Shown here: positions 14,085 through 33,878 of the stretch, in pieces
How positions within the stretch are numbered: position 1 is the stretch's first letter
Layout: every line of letters starts with the position of its first letter
Source of the DNA: Piromyces finnis finn
Lineage: Eukaryota; Fungi; Neocallimastigomycota
Assembly: GCA_002104945.1 (NCBI GenBank)
Contig: MCFH01000002.1
Span: forward strand, 1,116,001-1,180,000
Reading direction: 5' to 3'
Length of the DNA: 64,000 nucleotides
Position numbers and translations under genes: made by a program
The notes under the pieces: generated by a model
Databases searched by the model: none
The model's input: the letters and a program-made list of their open reading frames with translations, nothing else
What the model was told of the DNA's origin: nothing

Positions 14085-16153
14085 ATGGAAATAAGAAAAG
14101 AAAATATAATCGATAAAATTGAAATTAAAAAAGTAATTTTATATAAAATATTAAATTAATGTAATAATTATTAAATATCTATTTTTTTTTTTAAATATTT
14201 TAATATTTGTTTATACTCTGAATATTTTTAATAACGACATCTATCTAAAAAAAAATAGAAAAAGGAATTGAAATTAAGATTTTTAATATTATGCTCCTTT
14301 TTAATTTTTATTTTTCATTTTATGATATGTCGATTTTCAAACCCAACTCGTTTATTAAAACCGAAACATAAACATATCGATGATAATACTGTCATAATAG
14401 TTAGTATTGATGGTTTTCGTAATGATTTCCTAGAAAGAATGGAATTTACAAAAAAAATAAATAAATTAAGTCATATTGGTAATAAAGCAGAGTTTTTAAA
14501 ACCATCTTTCCCAACCTCAACCTTTCCAAATCATTATACAATTGTAACTGGTTTATATCCAGAATCCCATGGAATTGTCTCTAATACTTTTTATGGTATA
14601 TTTATCTATAATACTTTTAAGTATATCAATATTGTAATTAAACCTATTAAACTATTTTATATATTAATATAGATAAAGAGTTAAATAAAACATTTAATAT
14701 TAGAGATAATGAATTAATAAGAATACCTGAATGGTGGGGTGGATCACCTGTAATTATTATATCTTTTATGTTTTTTTTATTTTATCATAGTTTACTTTAA
14801 TAAATATAATTTTTAAAAATAAATAAATGATTAAATCTATCTCTGTAGATTTGGAATGAAGCCGAGAAAAATAATATTAAATCAGCTGTTTGTATGTGGT
14901 TAGTATAATTGTAAAATTCTTGGGAAAAATTATTTATTAATCTAATTTTTTTCTATTTAATAATAATATACTAAAGGGTTGGAAGTGAAGTTGAAATAAA
15001 TGGAATGTCACCATCCTATGTTGTTAAATTTGATCCAAATACTACTCTTGACGAAAAGTTAAATACAGTTAGTAATTGGTTAAAATTGCCAAAAGAAGAA
15101 AAGCCAAGATTAATTTTAGTATATTTGCCAGAAGTTGATAAAGCAGCTCATAATTATGGTGTTAATTCCGATGAGGTAATATTGTTTTATATTTGTTACA
15201 TAATATAAATTAAGGAATACTATTATTAATATATATATATATATTATATTTTTTAAGGTTAACCTTTCTCTTAAATTAGTAGATAAATTTATATATAAAT
15301 TGTATAAATTAATAAATAAAAATAAACATAGAGATAATACCAATTTAATTATTGTATGTATCAATTATGAAAACATAATAATTATATAATTATATTAATC
15401 CTTTGTATTTTATAAATTATCAATTTAGCTAAGTGATCATGGAATGGCTGATATAAAACAAAATGGCCAAATTTATATTGAAGATATTTTTGATGAGGAA
15501 GATAATGTTGAAGTCATATCATATATTCCACACTTATATATTAAAGATGATGATAAATGTATATAATAATTTAATGTTTAATCTTGTTTAATAATTTAAA
15601 GTATAATAATACTAGATTAATAATATTTCTATATTTTACCAATATATATAGTAAATATCGATTATATATATGAAAAAATGATTAATGCTAGCATCAATAA
15701 TGGCCATTGGATGCCATTTAAAAGAGAAAATATCTTGGAGAGATTCCATTATAATAATAATAAAAGAATATCACCAGTTATGGGAATTGCTGAAACTGTA
15801 TGAATATTTATCTGTATATATATATATATTTAATAAAAAAGTAATTAGGTATTCTGTATTTTATATTAATTAACATGGTTTATATATATAAAAAGGGCTA
15901 TTCATTTACATATAAAAATAGGACACTCCCTGTTGCTATGCATGGTTATGATAATGAAGATGATAATATGAATGCATTCTTTTTAGGCATTGGCCCAGTA
16001 TTTTCAAAATACCCTGGTCAAACCATACCATCTTTTAATAACGTTGAAATATTTAATCTAATAACAACCATATTGAATATTACTGAAAATGTATCACCGA
16101 ATAACGGAACTGTAGAAACAATGGAAATGTTTACCTATTATTTAAATCTTTAA
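14085..16153 (+). CDS. NPP1: Ectonucleotide pyrophosphatase/phosphodiesterase (NPP, alkaline-phosphatase superfamily), type II membrane anchor, multi-exon
   Basis: VIIVSIDGFRNDF; FPTSTFPNHYTIVTGLYPESHGIVSN with the catalytic Thr; VYLPEVDKAAHNYG; SDHGM; AMHGYDN...MNAFFLGIGP. The 5' exon at 14085 (MEIRKENIIDKIEIKK) is tentative. Confidence 0.9.
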
Positions 16154-16458
16154 TATTTATTAATATTATTTTTAGTATTATTATAAATCATAATAATTAT
16201 TGTAAATATTATATATAGAATTTATTTATTATTTAGTATGTTTTTAATTTTTTAAATAGACATTTACTTATTTTTTTTTTACTTTCTATCAATAATTACA
16301 TATAAGGTATATAAGTTTTTTCATTAATAATTAAATTCAATAAAAAAATTAATAAATTAAAAAAGTTATCCAAAAAAAAACTACAAATTTAATCTTTATA
16401 ATTTAATATATAATAATTAAAAATTAAATTTATAATTTATTACTTTGCATTTATTACA

Positions 16459-16501
<43 letters not shown>

Positions 16502-16765
16502 CTCAAAATATTTTTTTTTATTGAAATTAATGTTTCATCATTCTCAAAAGATTATTTATAACGATTATAAATATAATAAATTGAATTTAAAAAACTATAC
16601 ATATAATATATAATATTCAAAATATTATAATAATAATAGTGTATTATTTAAATATGGAATAATTATATATATATTCATATTTATATACCAATATTTAATT
16701 AAAATAGCAATATAGTTCTATAAATTATTAAAAAGAGAAAAGTAATACTAACAAAATAACAGAAA

Positions 16766-19700
16766 ATGACTGACAATCAGAATAATAATCAAACTGAATG
16801 GAATCAAGTTTTTTCATTATATAACAAATTTATCAATAATAGAGATGATAAAGAAATTCGAAATTTATTTTTCACTACATCAGTAAACTATGTTATAAAA
16901 TATCCTTCATGTATTATTTGCCAAAAGCCAGAATTTTGTACTGAATTGATATTTTGTTTTTCTTGTCCACCAACAGGAATATTAGTAAAATTTAGAGAAG
17001 CTTTGGAATTGCAATTTAGAGAATGTGCTAATTGTATTGAAGTTTATCATGAAAAATTACTTCCAGAGTTTTACAAAGCATCATTACCTCAATATGGAGA
17101 GAGTGGGCTAGATAAATTTATTAAAGATATGATAGAGTGGGATGTTAAAAGATTATCGACCCATTTAGATATTTTAATTAAGCAATTATTTGATTCAAAA
17201 GAAGATATTGTTCAATGGAAAAAAGTAAGATCTCAATCCGTTTTTCCATTGTACGAAATTATAAAATACCCCATTGTTATGAAATCATATGATGTTGAAA
17301 CAAAATTTCTCATCATTCTAAAACATTTACTAGAAAGAAAAACAAAATTAACATTACTTAATAGTAAAATGCCTGGAATTTTGGTTTTGGCATTACATAG
17401 TTCAGATTTTATTAGGAATTGGACAAATGTTTCATTTCAATCTTATAAATGCTTTTCTTTATTTAAATCAGATGATTTAAAATCTTTTTTTGAAAATATT
17501 AATTTGTATTTAAAAAATAATTTACCACCTAATTCTTTTGAACAATTAGAATGCGGAAAGTTAAATAAATACTATCATTATACAGAAAATATTAATGATT
17601 TTCTACATGGCATCTGCAAAATAATTAGTGTTATCCCTTCAGACATTTTAGTAGATTTACAAAATATATCAGCTGAATTATTTAAAAGAATTACACTTTT
17701 ATTTAATCATTGGAGTAGTATGGATGTTAAAGTTTTTTTTAATACAATGGAAACGTTTTTCAAAACATTAAAACATAAAATCTGGAATATAGATAATACT
17801 ACAAATAATGATATAATATCAATATTTAAACAAATTTTAAATAATGAGACATATAAAAAAATTTTATCAAATACAGAAATTTTTAAACAAATTCCTACTG
17901 CTGATCAGTCTAATTATTTTAATTGGATATTTTATTTTTCTCAGACTGCCGAGAGTTCATTTCCTTTAGTTTCAGTTGAACTCTTGAAATATGCAATTGA
18001 ACAAACGAATGAATGGTGCCCAGAAGCAAGAGAATGCTATAAATTATTTGTATTTGAAGCAGTTCAATGTTTAAAAAAGGTTGAGGTTGTGGATATTTTG
18101 CTACAATATTGTTTAAAAGAAATAAAGGATAGTGAAAAACAAGCAAAACTTATAGAAATTACAAAAGAGAAAGTTAAAGAAGATACTCTAGCATTAATAG
18201 AAAATCATAAAATTATTTGTGATTTAGATCAATCAAAATTTAATCCAATTCCTAATCATGAAAACGAAAATCAATCAAAGGACAACATTAAATCAATACA
18301 TTTATTAACTTGGAGATATATTTGCTCATTGGATTTCTTAAAAGTAAACAAAGAAATATTTGATTCATTTTTTAATAGTATACAACAAATATCTTTTATA
18401 TTTTCAGATAGACATAATTTTAATCAGTATGTGGATAATCTTGTTTTTATCAGAAGATATATTGTAAATTTATTTGAAGAATTATCAGAACAAACAATTG
18501 ATACTTTAAAAGGTTTTTTCATAGATGAATCAAAATTATCAGTATTAGTTCATAATTTATTCTCATGTGATGATACTATAGTTGATATTTCTTGTAAAGT
18601 ATTAGATAAAATCATGGTAAAAAATATTGATGATAGCATTTTTGATCCAGTGGTATTGGTATTTATTGAGCATTCAAACCTATGTATTAAATTGTTAATT
18701 GATAAATTAAATGAATTTAATCTTTTGTCTAAAGATAAAGATATTTTTTGTATGTTGCACTTTACCAATTCTATAGTTAACACAATTGATAAATTAATTC
18801 CAAATATTGGGAAAATTACTAAAAGTGTTGATATTAAGAATTCTTTTATGGCATCAATTTTCAATTTTTTATATCAAGTTGTTAATAGAAGTAGTAGATG
18901 GATTAAATACCAACCAAATGAAAGACTTTTAATATCACAAGTTCTTCAAAGCTCATTAAATCTTATTTCAAAGATGGTTAAAATGATAAAGTCATATGAT
19001 GCTGAATGCGATTTTTATAACTTCAAAAATGAATTAGTTCATTTTATAAGTCCATTGTCAAAACAGTTAATTTATGAAAATGGAAGAATATATTTTGATA
19101 AAATATTTAATTTAATGTTAAATATATTAAGTTTTATTGAACCACCAAATAAACTTGAAGATAAATATCTGAATATATTAAAAAAGATTTATGAATCGAA
19201 TTCTTTACTACCAGTTCATAAAGAAAAGCTATATCAAATGCTAAACCAATTGGAAGGTATTAATAATTCGAATAATAATAGTAATAATGCATATGGAATT
19301 TCTTATCCAATGATTAATTCTAATCAATTATCACAACCAGTATTTAATGTTAATGTACCTTACCAGCAACAGTATTTAAATCAAGCACCTATAAACTTTA
19401 TAAACAATAGTACTCTTGTAGGAGTAAATCAAGCAAATTGTAATGTTCAAAAAGCTAACAGTTCTGAAAGTATGCCATCATTACTAGCTATTAATAATTT
19501 ATCTAATCCTCAAAATAATATATTTCAACAAAGTTCATTACAATCTGAAAACAATACTGAAATTATTAGTATAACTAGTGATTCAAAAAGTGTTGACAAT
19601 ATTAATAATTCAGAAGATGTCATTATTGTAGAAGACACTCCTGAACCAAATACCTTTAAAAAAGCAGAATCCAATTCACCTATAAGTTTAGATGAACTCA

Positions 19701-22700
19701 TGAGAAATAACGAAGAAAAGGAAAAGGAATTAAAACTGAAAAAAATTCAAGAAGATATGAAGAAAAGTATATTGTCAAATTATAAACATCAAAGTAAAAT
19801 AACAGATATGAGACCGTTATCACCTAACCAAGAATCAAAATATCCAATTAAAACGCCATTTACTATGAACCCAAAAAAGGTATCAGTACAAAAATCAATA
19901 AAAATATTTTCTACAACTCAATCGACAGATGCATTATTAAATAGTAAGCCAATTAGTTCAAATCCTGTTCATAAAATGTCATCAAATGTATTTAGTCCGT
20001 CATCACCACCACCATTCCCTAGTGGCCAGTCATTTGGAATGAAACAGCCTAAATCGTTAGTTCGAGTTAAATCACCAAAATACTCTAGTTCCAGTTCTGG
20101 CGGAAAATTATCAAAACTTCAGAGTTTAAGAAAAGATTTTAATATACAAAGGGATCATTTACAAACAAGAAGAGTTCCGTGTGGGCAATTATCAAAGCAA
20201 ACACATTCCAACCCAAACTTTGATAATAATAGTAAACTAAAAGAAGAACTTGAAGATTCTTCTTCTTCAGAAGAAGATGGTGAAGGTATTTTGGATCTTT
20301 TAAAAGATTACTCACAAGGCGATGGAGAGCCAGTTATTAAAGAAAAAAGAACTATTAAAATGTTAGATGATACCCCTGTAATTATCAATAAGAAAAAAGT
20401 AATTGGAAAATCTGTTATTTCTGATGTTCTAAAAAAGAAATCTAATATTGATATAAAAGTATTACATCGTCATGTTTTATCATGGAATTATCAAATGGGT
20501 GGAAATAAACCTCCAGGTATTAATTCATTAGTTAAAATTCCTGTATCATTTAAATCACATGAAGAATATGTTAAAGTTTTTGAGCCTTTAATTCTTACAG
20601 AATGTTGGGCTCAATTTCAAAAGTCAAAAGAAGACATTGATATTGAAAATGATATTATAAAGTTAATTTTAGAAGATCGTTGTTCTGTGGATGATTTCGA
20701 AGAAATAAAGTTTTCAGCTAAAACTGAGGAAATTCGCGGAAAATCTTTTTCGGAAAATGATATCCTTTATTTAAGATCAGATGATAAAGAAGGTGAAAAA
20801 TCAAAATATACATTCTTTGTGTTAATATCAAATATTACTATTAAAAAGAATGAAGCTATCCTTTCATGCCGTGCTTATTTCAGAGGTGGAAATTTCAATC
20901 TAATTTCTTCATTACGTAAAACATCAGCCTGGAAAACAACTAAAGTATTTTCATGTGTTACTTGTAATCGTGAATATTTAGCTATGAAATTTATGGAAAA
21001 TTCTAATTTATTAAAAGTTATTCTCGAACCTCAAGATAAAGAAAGCAATAAAAAAATTATTGAGAGTCGTTATGTGGCAAATTTAATGGAGAAATATAAA
21101 TTAAATGAATCTCAGGCCCAATCTATTTGTGGTTCAGTAAAAAGTAAAGATGGATTTACTTTAATTCAAGGACCTCCAGGTACAGGTAAAACCAAAACCA
21201 TTTTATCTTTAATTGCTGAATTAAAGGAAAAAGCTTTACCTAAGAAAATAAAAATATTAGTATGTGCCCCAAGTAATGCTGGTTGTGATGAAATTGTAAG
21301 AAGATTGAAAAGAGGAGTTCAAAAAAATAATAGTGAATTATATAAACCAAAATTAGTTAGAATTGGTACAGAAGCTATTCATCCTGATTGTAAAGATGTT
21401 ACATTGGATGCATTAGTAGATGATTTATTTAGTAATGATATGGTTAGTCAAAGCAATATTAGTAAATCTAATCAAAGTGAAAGTGCTTTAAGAACGCAAT
21501 TAGAAGATTTACATAAAAAATTGGAAGATCTAAGAAAAAAGGAAGAAGATGTTATTGTAAATAAACATGATGATATTTTACAACAAGAAATTTCATTGAA
21601 AATTGGAGAACTTATAAGAAAAAGAAAGGAAATAAGACAAGCATTAGAATCAACACAAGTAAAAAGTAAACAAATTTTAGAGCAGGCAAGACAACATGCA
21701 AAACAGAAAGTTTTAAATGACGCTGATATTGTCTTGAGTACTCTTGGTGGTAGTGGTCATGATATTTTAAGTAATATTGAAGGAGGTTTTGAAATTGTTA
21801 TTGTTGATGAAGCAGCCCAAGCTGTAGAACTTAGTTCATTGATTCCATTAAAGTATGGAGCAACTAAAGTTATTTTAGTTGGTGATCCAAATCAATTACC
21901 ACCAACTGTTATATCTCTTTTAGCACAAAATTATTCATATGAACAAAGTTTATTTAAAAGATTACAAATTAATAACCCTGATTCTGTATATTTATTAAAT
22001 GTTCAATATCGTATGCATCCACACATTTCCAAATTCCCAAGTAAGCATTTCTATAATTCAAAGATTGTTAATAGTATGAATATGGAAAAATTAAGATTCC
22101 AACCATGGCATAATGACAAGCGCTTTAGACCATATCAAATAATTAATGTTGAAGGTATAACATAAATAATTTAATATAATGTTATATTTAACGCTTTAGA
22201 AATATTTTATTAAATTATTGAATAAAACAATAATAATTATATAATTATAATAGGTAGAGAATCTTCATATGGTACCTCCTTAATTAATCAAAGTGAAGTA
22301 GATTCAATTATTACGTTAGTTCGTTCATTATGTGATATGAACCCAAGTATTAATTTCGCAACAAGAATTGGTATTATTACACCATATAATGGACAGTCGA
22401 AACTCTTGAAAAGAAAATTTAATTCAGTTTTTGGAAGTAAAATTTTACATTATATTGATATTAATACTATTGATGGTTTTCAAGGTCAAGAAAAAGATAT
22501 TATTATTTTTTCATGTGTTCGTGCTCATCCAAAATCAGGTTCTATTGGTTTCGTAGCTGATGTTAGACGTATGAATGTAGGTATTACGAGAGCAAGAAAT
22601 TCTTTATTTATTGTAGGGCATTTATCATCTTTAATAAAAAATGAAGAATGGAAAAGTCTTATTGAAGATGGAAAAGAAAGAAAAGCAATAAGTGATGTAA

Positions 22701-23941
22701 ATAATAATATAATATCTTTAAATATATAGATATATATTTACTATAAATAATATAATATTTAATTCAAAAATAATTATAACATTTTATTTTTAAAATAAAT
22801 AAAAAATAATAGTTCACAAAATCAAATTATGAATATAATCATAGTAAAATTCCTTTAAATATTTATTCTTCTGCAATTAAGGTACATAATTATATAATTA
22901 TCAATGATTAATATTAAATGTTTAATAGAATTAATTAATAAAAAATTATATTATAATAATTACCAATAATCTATAATAGTTAAATGATGATGACACTAAA
23001 AACAAAGAAAAAGAAAACAAGCCAGTACTATTAAAAAGAGGTTTAAATGGTAGTATATTAATCATTTACAAATTATTAATTAAATTGTATTTATATTAAC
23101 TTTTTTTTAATGTTATTTTTTTTTTAAGATACTGAATATAGTGATCAAATAAGCAAAAAGGAAAAATTGATTAAAGAGGAAAAGGAAGCTAAAAAAAGAT
23201 CAAAAAAACAAAGTGATGAAAATGATATTGATGATACTAATTCAAATAAAGAGCAAAAAAGGAAAGAACATGAAAATAAAAAAGTAAATTCAGATAGCTT
23301 ATTAAATACTAGTTCCATAAAAGAAATGAATGAAAATAAATCAAAAATAGATTCAATAGAAATGGATAATAAGAAGACAGAAACAATTAAAAGAATAAAA
23401 TCACCAAGTCTTAAAGAGAGATATAAAGAAAAAGTAGAAGAAAGAGAAAATAATAAAGCTGAATCAACCACAAAAATAAAATCACCAAGTCTTAAGGAAA
23501 GATATAAAGAAAAAATTGATGAAAGAGATAGTAAGAAAATAAAATTGGACACTCCACCAAGGATAAAATCACCGAACTCAGAAAATTACAAAGATAAAAC
23601 ACATAAATCAAAATCAAGTCATCACCATCATCATCACCGTCATTCAAGTTCACATAGTTCACACTCATCTCATTCGAAACATAATGATTCATCATTAAAA
23701 TTAAATAATGATACTTTTGATCCCAAAATATTATTAAATGTAAGTTCTCATTTAAATTATTGATTTAATATAAAAATTTATAATTATTATTTATATTTAA
23801 TAATATAAAAAATTTTAGGAAACCTCCAATAATGAACCAGTTGATCTTTTAGATAAGTTAGTAAATAGTTTAAAAACTACCGAAAAAATAGCAAAAGATA
23901 AACATCATAAATATTCTATGAAAGATATGAGGAGATATTAG
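16766..23941 (+). CDS. SEN1: Sen1/senataxin Upf1-like SF1B helicase
   Basis: 5.4-kb first exon with Sen1-type N-domain; LIQGPPGTGKT; VCAPSNAGCDEI; IVDEAAQAVE; LVGDPNQLPPT; LNVQYRMHP. Next exon has GIITPY, TIDGFQGQEKD, RRMNVGITRAR. Small 3' exons encode a charged tail. Confidence 0.95.
23395..23560 (+). repeat. Intragenic ~81-bp tandem duplication in the Sen1 tail (IKSPSLKERYKEK x2, third partial IKSP)
   Basis: ataaaatcaccaagtcttaaagagagatataaagaaaaa and ataaaatcaccaagtcttaaggaaagatataaagaaaaa. Confidence 0.8.
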
Positions 23942-24750
23942 AATGAAGGGAAATAATATATTTTTTGACATTTGCTTATAATATATTTTATTCTTTATTA
24001 AAATATAATATATTTACAAAGTTTTTTATTTTTTATTTTTTTAAATTTAGTGTTTATACCAAACTTAAATAAATTTTTTGTTACACATTACGTATGCATG
24101 CTTTTTAATAATTAAAATATCATTTTATTATTTATTTATTTATTTATTTCTTTACTTATTTATTAAGATAATCTTTTTTGTTACTGTTGTATTTATTACT
24201 CATAAATGATATCTATTAACTAAATTAATAAAAATTATATATAACTAATAAAAATTAATGTTAAATAAATTTATATTTATATAATTTTAATTATAATTTT
24301 AAAGAAAACTATTTCTTTAAAATATGTATCATTAAAAAGGATACATTTTAATATTTAAAACTTTAAAAATTATATAATCATAAACATTTATAATACATTT
24401 ATATTTAATTATGAAATTTGAAAAACTTTATATTTTATTTTAATTTTAGTAGATGCTTTAATATTATTTAATCACTAAATAACATTAAAACTTTATAAAA
24501 ATTGCTTCTTAATGGTTGGATTCCAATATAATAATTAAATTTTAATAAACATTAATGTAATTTAATTTATATAATAAATATTTATAAAAAAAAAAAAAAG
24601 AAGTTATTGTATTCAATTAAAATTGTTGTTGTGATGTTAGCGAAATAAATATTATTAAATGAAGGAAAAAATGATAATTTATTTGTTGTTTTTATTGAAA
24701 AGATTCAATTAATAACTTTATAAATATATATTTATTATATTAATAAAAAA

Positions 24751-24785
<35 letters not shown>

Positions 24786-24890
24786 AAAGATAGAAAAATT
24801 AACATTAATATTTGTTGCCTTTATTTTTAATTAAAAAAAAAAATATAAAAAAATAAAATAAAAAAAAAAAAGGTGATATATTTCATAAAA

Positions 24891-28755
<3,865 letters not shown>

Positions 28756-29406
28756 TAAATAAATTAAAATATAAATAAATACAGGAACTATAATATACAT
28801 AATTTAATTGAATTAATAGATTTATTTAAATTCAAGAATATGATTTAAATTAAAATTTTATAAATAATAAAATTGCTATGAAATTTTACATTTTAATAAT
28901 GATGATAATAATTACTATTATAATTTTAAAGAAAAAAAATAACTATAAAAAAAATAAAATAATACATTAAAAATAATATATATAGTTTATGTATTAAATA
29001 ATATAATTATTAATAAGAATATATTTTATAATTTTTTTATTTAATTGATTTTTTTTTTTTTTTTCTATTTATATATATAATGTATATTGAATTTATTTGC
29101 TAATATTCTTATTACAAAATTGTAATAGATTATTGATTTAAAATTTAAATATTAAATTCATATATTCTATACTATTTAAAAACAAAAAATATATATAAAA
29201 AAAAAGGAATATATATAAATTATTTTAGTGAATATTTATAGATGATAAAAAAAAATAAATAAATGATTTGTTAAAGATGATTAAAATTATATAATTTGTT
29301 TATTAAAAATATTGAATTAAATTAATATTGAAACTGTAAAATAGTTAGAATATTTTTGAATATTTTAATATTTTCAAAAAATGTAATAAATAAAATATTA
29401 AAGTAT

Positions 29407-32400
29407 TTATTGGTAAGCTTGTTGTTGTTGAGTGTAGTCCCATCCTCCATAATAATTTTGTTGGTATGCAGCAGCAGCCTGATATCATTTATAAGTTAAA
29501 TATTATGAAAATTTTTTAAAATTTCTTCTTCATTTTTTTTTTTTTAAATTATATAATAAATTTAATTACCTGAGCATTATATTGATATGAAGCAGCATTC
29601 ATATCACCATAATAAGCTGTTGAAGGATAGGTTTGTGCTTGAGGTGTCATAGTTGATGTAGGTGTAACCATTTGGGATGTTGCAACACGTTTTTGTTGTT
29701 GATCATAAGAACTAGATTCAGTTAATTGACGTTTTCTTTCATTTGTTTGAGTTGCTAGGGTATTTTTGTCTGATTTTTCCATTCTTTTAATATCATCACC
29801 GACTTCGCTGAATAATGAAACAGATGTTCCTTTATCCATTAAAAATTGATAGAATAATTTTCCTAATGCAATTTTTTCATTCATCAATAATGTACATTGT
29901 TCACTTTTTATTATAGTAAATATGTTTCTACAATTCTCTTGTGCTTTATTTATATCTTTTAAATTAAAATTTTTAAATATTTATATTAATTTATAAGCTT
30001 CTATATATATATTATTTTTAAAAAAAATAATAAATATTTTAACTAACCTTCTTGTCTTAATTCAAATAATAAATAATTATACAAGAAAATTTTACTAGAA
30101 AGGTACTTTTCTACTGAATCCTTATATAACTTTCTAGCTCTTTCAATATCATGATGATGCTATTTATAAAGGAAAAAATTTTTAATTATAACAATTTATC
30201 TTTTTTTATTAATTTAATTAAAGATTATTGAATGTTTTCCTTACGTTTTCATATAATTGTGCCAATTTTACTGCAAGATATGATTTGGTATTATCATCAG
30301 TTGCTGAATTTAATGATGAACTAAATATGTTTTCAGTTTCTTGTAAATTATTTTGACGTCTTTCGAAATTTGCGAAGCATTCAATTGTTTCTAAATGACC
30401 AGTAACTATATATATATCATTTATTAAAACCCATTATTAATATTTGTTTGAAATTATTATTATTGTTTTTTTATAATTACCTGTAGCCATAGTTTGTTGA
30501 TACAATTCTCTTGCTTCCTTGATGTTACCTTGTTCTTCTTGGAATACAGCAAAGGCTATACGAATAGATGGATATCTATATTATAAATATGTAAATATTT
30601 TATTAATGAAAAAAAAAATTAAAATAATAATAATTATAACATACTGTGGTGGTATAAAAATATTAATTGCTTTTATAAAAATGTTGGTAGCATCTTGAAT
30701 ATGTCCTTGAGATGCGAGGTATTTAGCATATCTTTCCCAGAATTCTTCATATAATGCCTATTACCGTTCAAATATTTAAATATATATTTATTTTTTAAAT
30801 ATTAATATTATCACTATCTTGATTATATTCTTTTTTTGTAAAAATAATTTTCCAGTAATTTTTTAATTTAATTTATTAATACTTCAAATGTATAATTTAT
30901 ATAAAAAAAACTATAATAACAAAATATTTTTAATAATATAATGTTTTTTAAAGCTAAAATATATATTTTAACAAAACTCTTATGAATAAAGAGTCATTTT
31001 ACTTAAATTCTAGTTTAAAAACTTAATGCTTATATATAACTTACACATGATACAAGACATCTTTCATATAAAGTATAAATACGATTAAAATCACCTTGAC
31101 TTTCTTCGAAATCTAAATATTTTCTCCAGTTGTTTAATTGATATTGATCTAATGGTTTAACGTGGAAATATGGTCTTTTAATTTCCATTTCAAATTCCCA
31201 TCTTTTTTGAACTTCTGATTGTACTTTCATGTATTGTTCACTTTTGATTTTGTGAATTTCTTGTCTAATTAATTGTTCTCTACTACTCTTTATGATATAA
31301 TATTTTTACAATAGTTTTTTAAATTAAATATATATAATACTTTTTAATACTAATTATATTAAATTATCTGAATAAACTAACTTTATCTTCAGTTCCTTCT
31401 AAACTTTTATCTACTATATCTTCAACTTCCTTTAATTTATCAGGTTGTACTAATTCAGAAATTGGTCTTGTTACTGATAAATTTGAATATCTTTTAATTA
31501 ATGAAATAAATGTTAAATTAATAATTTTATAATTATACATTTTAAATTAATGCTTATTACAAATACAATACTTTTCAAATAAAACAGTATAAGCATGAAG
31601 TGGAATTTTTATAACACGTTCTAAAATAGCAAAAGCTTTTGCATCTTCGTGAATACTTTCTTCCCATTCAACATATTTTTCCCAAAATGGTTGACTTTGG
31701 AAATCTAAACCAACATTATAAGCACCACGTTCAAATAAACTTTTTATATTAAATTTATTTAATAATTTGATAATGATATTTTAAATGATTTTTTAAATTT
31801 AATTATGTTATTATATGATTGATTATTGTTACTTACTCTCTAATCTTTTCATTATCTTTACAATGTTGAATTTTAAAATCACAATATTGAATCCATAAAT
31901 CAATACTATTATGAATTGCCATAACACCTTTTTCAAATACCTTTATATTTATTAAAATATTTTATTTCATTTAATTAATTTTAATTTTAAAAGATGGGTT
32001 ATAAAATATTGAAATTTAATATATTTTTCATTAAATTAATTAACCTCTTCAGCTTTTTCAACCCCGTTTATGATCATTTCGATATCAGAATATTTTTTCC
32101 AATAGCCAAAACATAATGGGAATTTAAATAAGAAATTTTCATATACACGATGAATTTTATCTACATCTTCTGGTTTAATATTTGCTGTTATTCCTCCTTC
32201 AACATTTTCTGCAACGGCAATTAATTCTTCCCAAGATTTAAAGTCATTTGGATCCTAATATAATAAATTTATAAAGTAAAATTAAATAGAATGTAAAAAA
32301 AATTAGAAATATATTTCTAATTTCATTATTAATACATGATTTTTTTTTTTTTTTTTTTTTTTTTAAATTCTATACCTTTGAAACAGCTTCCCATAATCTA

Positions 32401-32896
32401 TCCCATTCAGATTTTGATTGATCTATAATATTTAATAATAATAAATTTTAATTTAATAAATATTTTTTTATAAAATGAATTTCAACATTCAATATTACCA
32501 TCAAGATTATATTTTATTTAATTATTACCACAATTTAAAATGATTAATAATTCTTATTTATTTTATCTTAAATCCTTTTTAAAACAATATTTAAATTTTA
32601 ATAAAATTTTAAACAATTATTTTATCATTATCCAAAAAATAAAAAAAGAAAAGGAAAAAGAAAAGAAAAAAAAAAGCTTAGATTTTATTTTATTTTTTTT
32701 TTTTTTTTTAAAAAAAAAAAATATATACTCTTCTAAAATTTAAAATTATATTTATTTTTTAATAAAAATTATACATAACAAAAAAAAAAAATCATTTTTA
32801 AATAATTATAAAAACAATAGTTCATGTTAATATTATTTTTCATTATTAATAATATAATTTACCATTATTACCAGCATCAATTTTCTTTTCTTCCAT
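29407..32896 (-). CDS. PRP39: Pre-mRNA processing factor 39 (HAT repeats, U1 snRNP), about 12 exons
   Basis: DPNDFKSWEELI; FLIKFPLCFGYWKKYSDIE; LDFQSQPFWEKYVEWEE; RWEFEMEIKRPYFHVKPLDQYQLNNWRKYLDFEE; ERCLVSCALYEEFW; Tyr/Gln-rich C-terminus ending YQ*. Confidence 0.93.
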
Positions 32897-33878
32897 CTTT
32901 ATTTTTAACGATTTACACTAATTAATATGATTGTTTAATTTATATAGAATTATTTTTAATTAATATTGTTGTTGTTGTTTACTGTTTATTTTAGCAATTT
33001 ACTAGCGTTGATTTATTTAATTTTTATTCTTTAATATAATTATTATCCCTTTATTTTTACAAAGATTTACTTTATTAAAGTAATTCAATACTTTAAAATT
33101 ACTTATTAAAAAGAAAAAAGTTAAATAATAATTTTATTATCAAAAATTTATTAAATAATATTTTTTAATGGATGAATAATATTAATTAATTGATTATATT
33201 TAATATATAATAAAATATATTAAATTTAGTAAATCTTATATAAATTAATTTTTCATATAATAATAAATAATTTCTTAATAAAAAACAAATATTATAACAA
33301 AAATCAATTGTTATTATTATTTTTATTAATATCATCAATAATAAAGAAATATTTCAAGAAAATTAAAAAACAATAATTAATTATCATCATATAATTCTTA
33401 ATAATTGCTTTCCTAACTATTCATATATTTACTTATTTAGTTATTTATTTACTTATTTATTTATTCACTCATAATTATTTAAGAATCTTATTTATAATAT
33501 AATCTATTAAAATTATAAAATGAAAATAAATCAATGTTGTTAAATTATAATTAATAATAAATAGATGAATAATTTCTAGTAATATTAAAATGAATAAGTT
33601 AATTTAATGTTAAAAAATTAAATTTATTTTTTAATTTTTATTATAAAATGGTTTTGGAGTTCAATTTGATAGTATTTTAAATTTTTTATATCTAATTTTT
33701 TTTCTATATTTTTTGTTTTACAATATAATTACTCCAGCTAAGAATTTTCTTATATAAGAAATAAATATAATTATTATTAATAAATATTATATATCATTTT
33801 TACAATGAAATAATTATTTAAGAAAAAAAATAATAATAAATGAAGCTTTTTAAAATGTATTAAGTAAATCATTGTCCT

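Noticed and set aside
16461-16499. Long poly(A) runs (also 51971-52010) as possible SINE or retrocopy tails
   Set aside because: No flanking TSD or upstream element body was visible, and homopolymers are common in this genome.
17919-18864. Antisense ORFs within Sen1, and similar ones inside SOK1, SART1, the LINE and the 11192 gene
   Set aside because: They are shadow ORFs opposite genuine coding exons and have no motifs.
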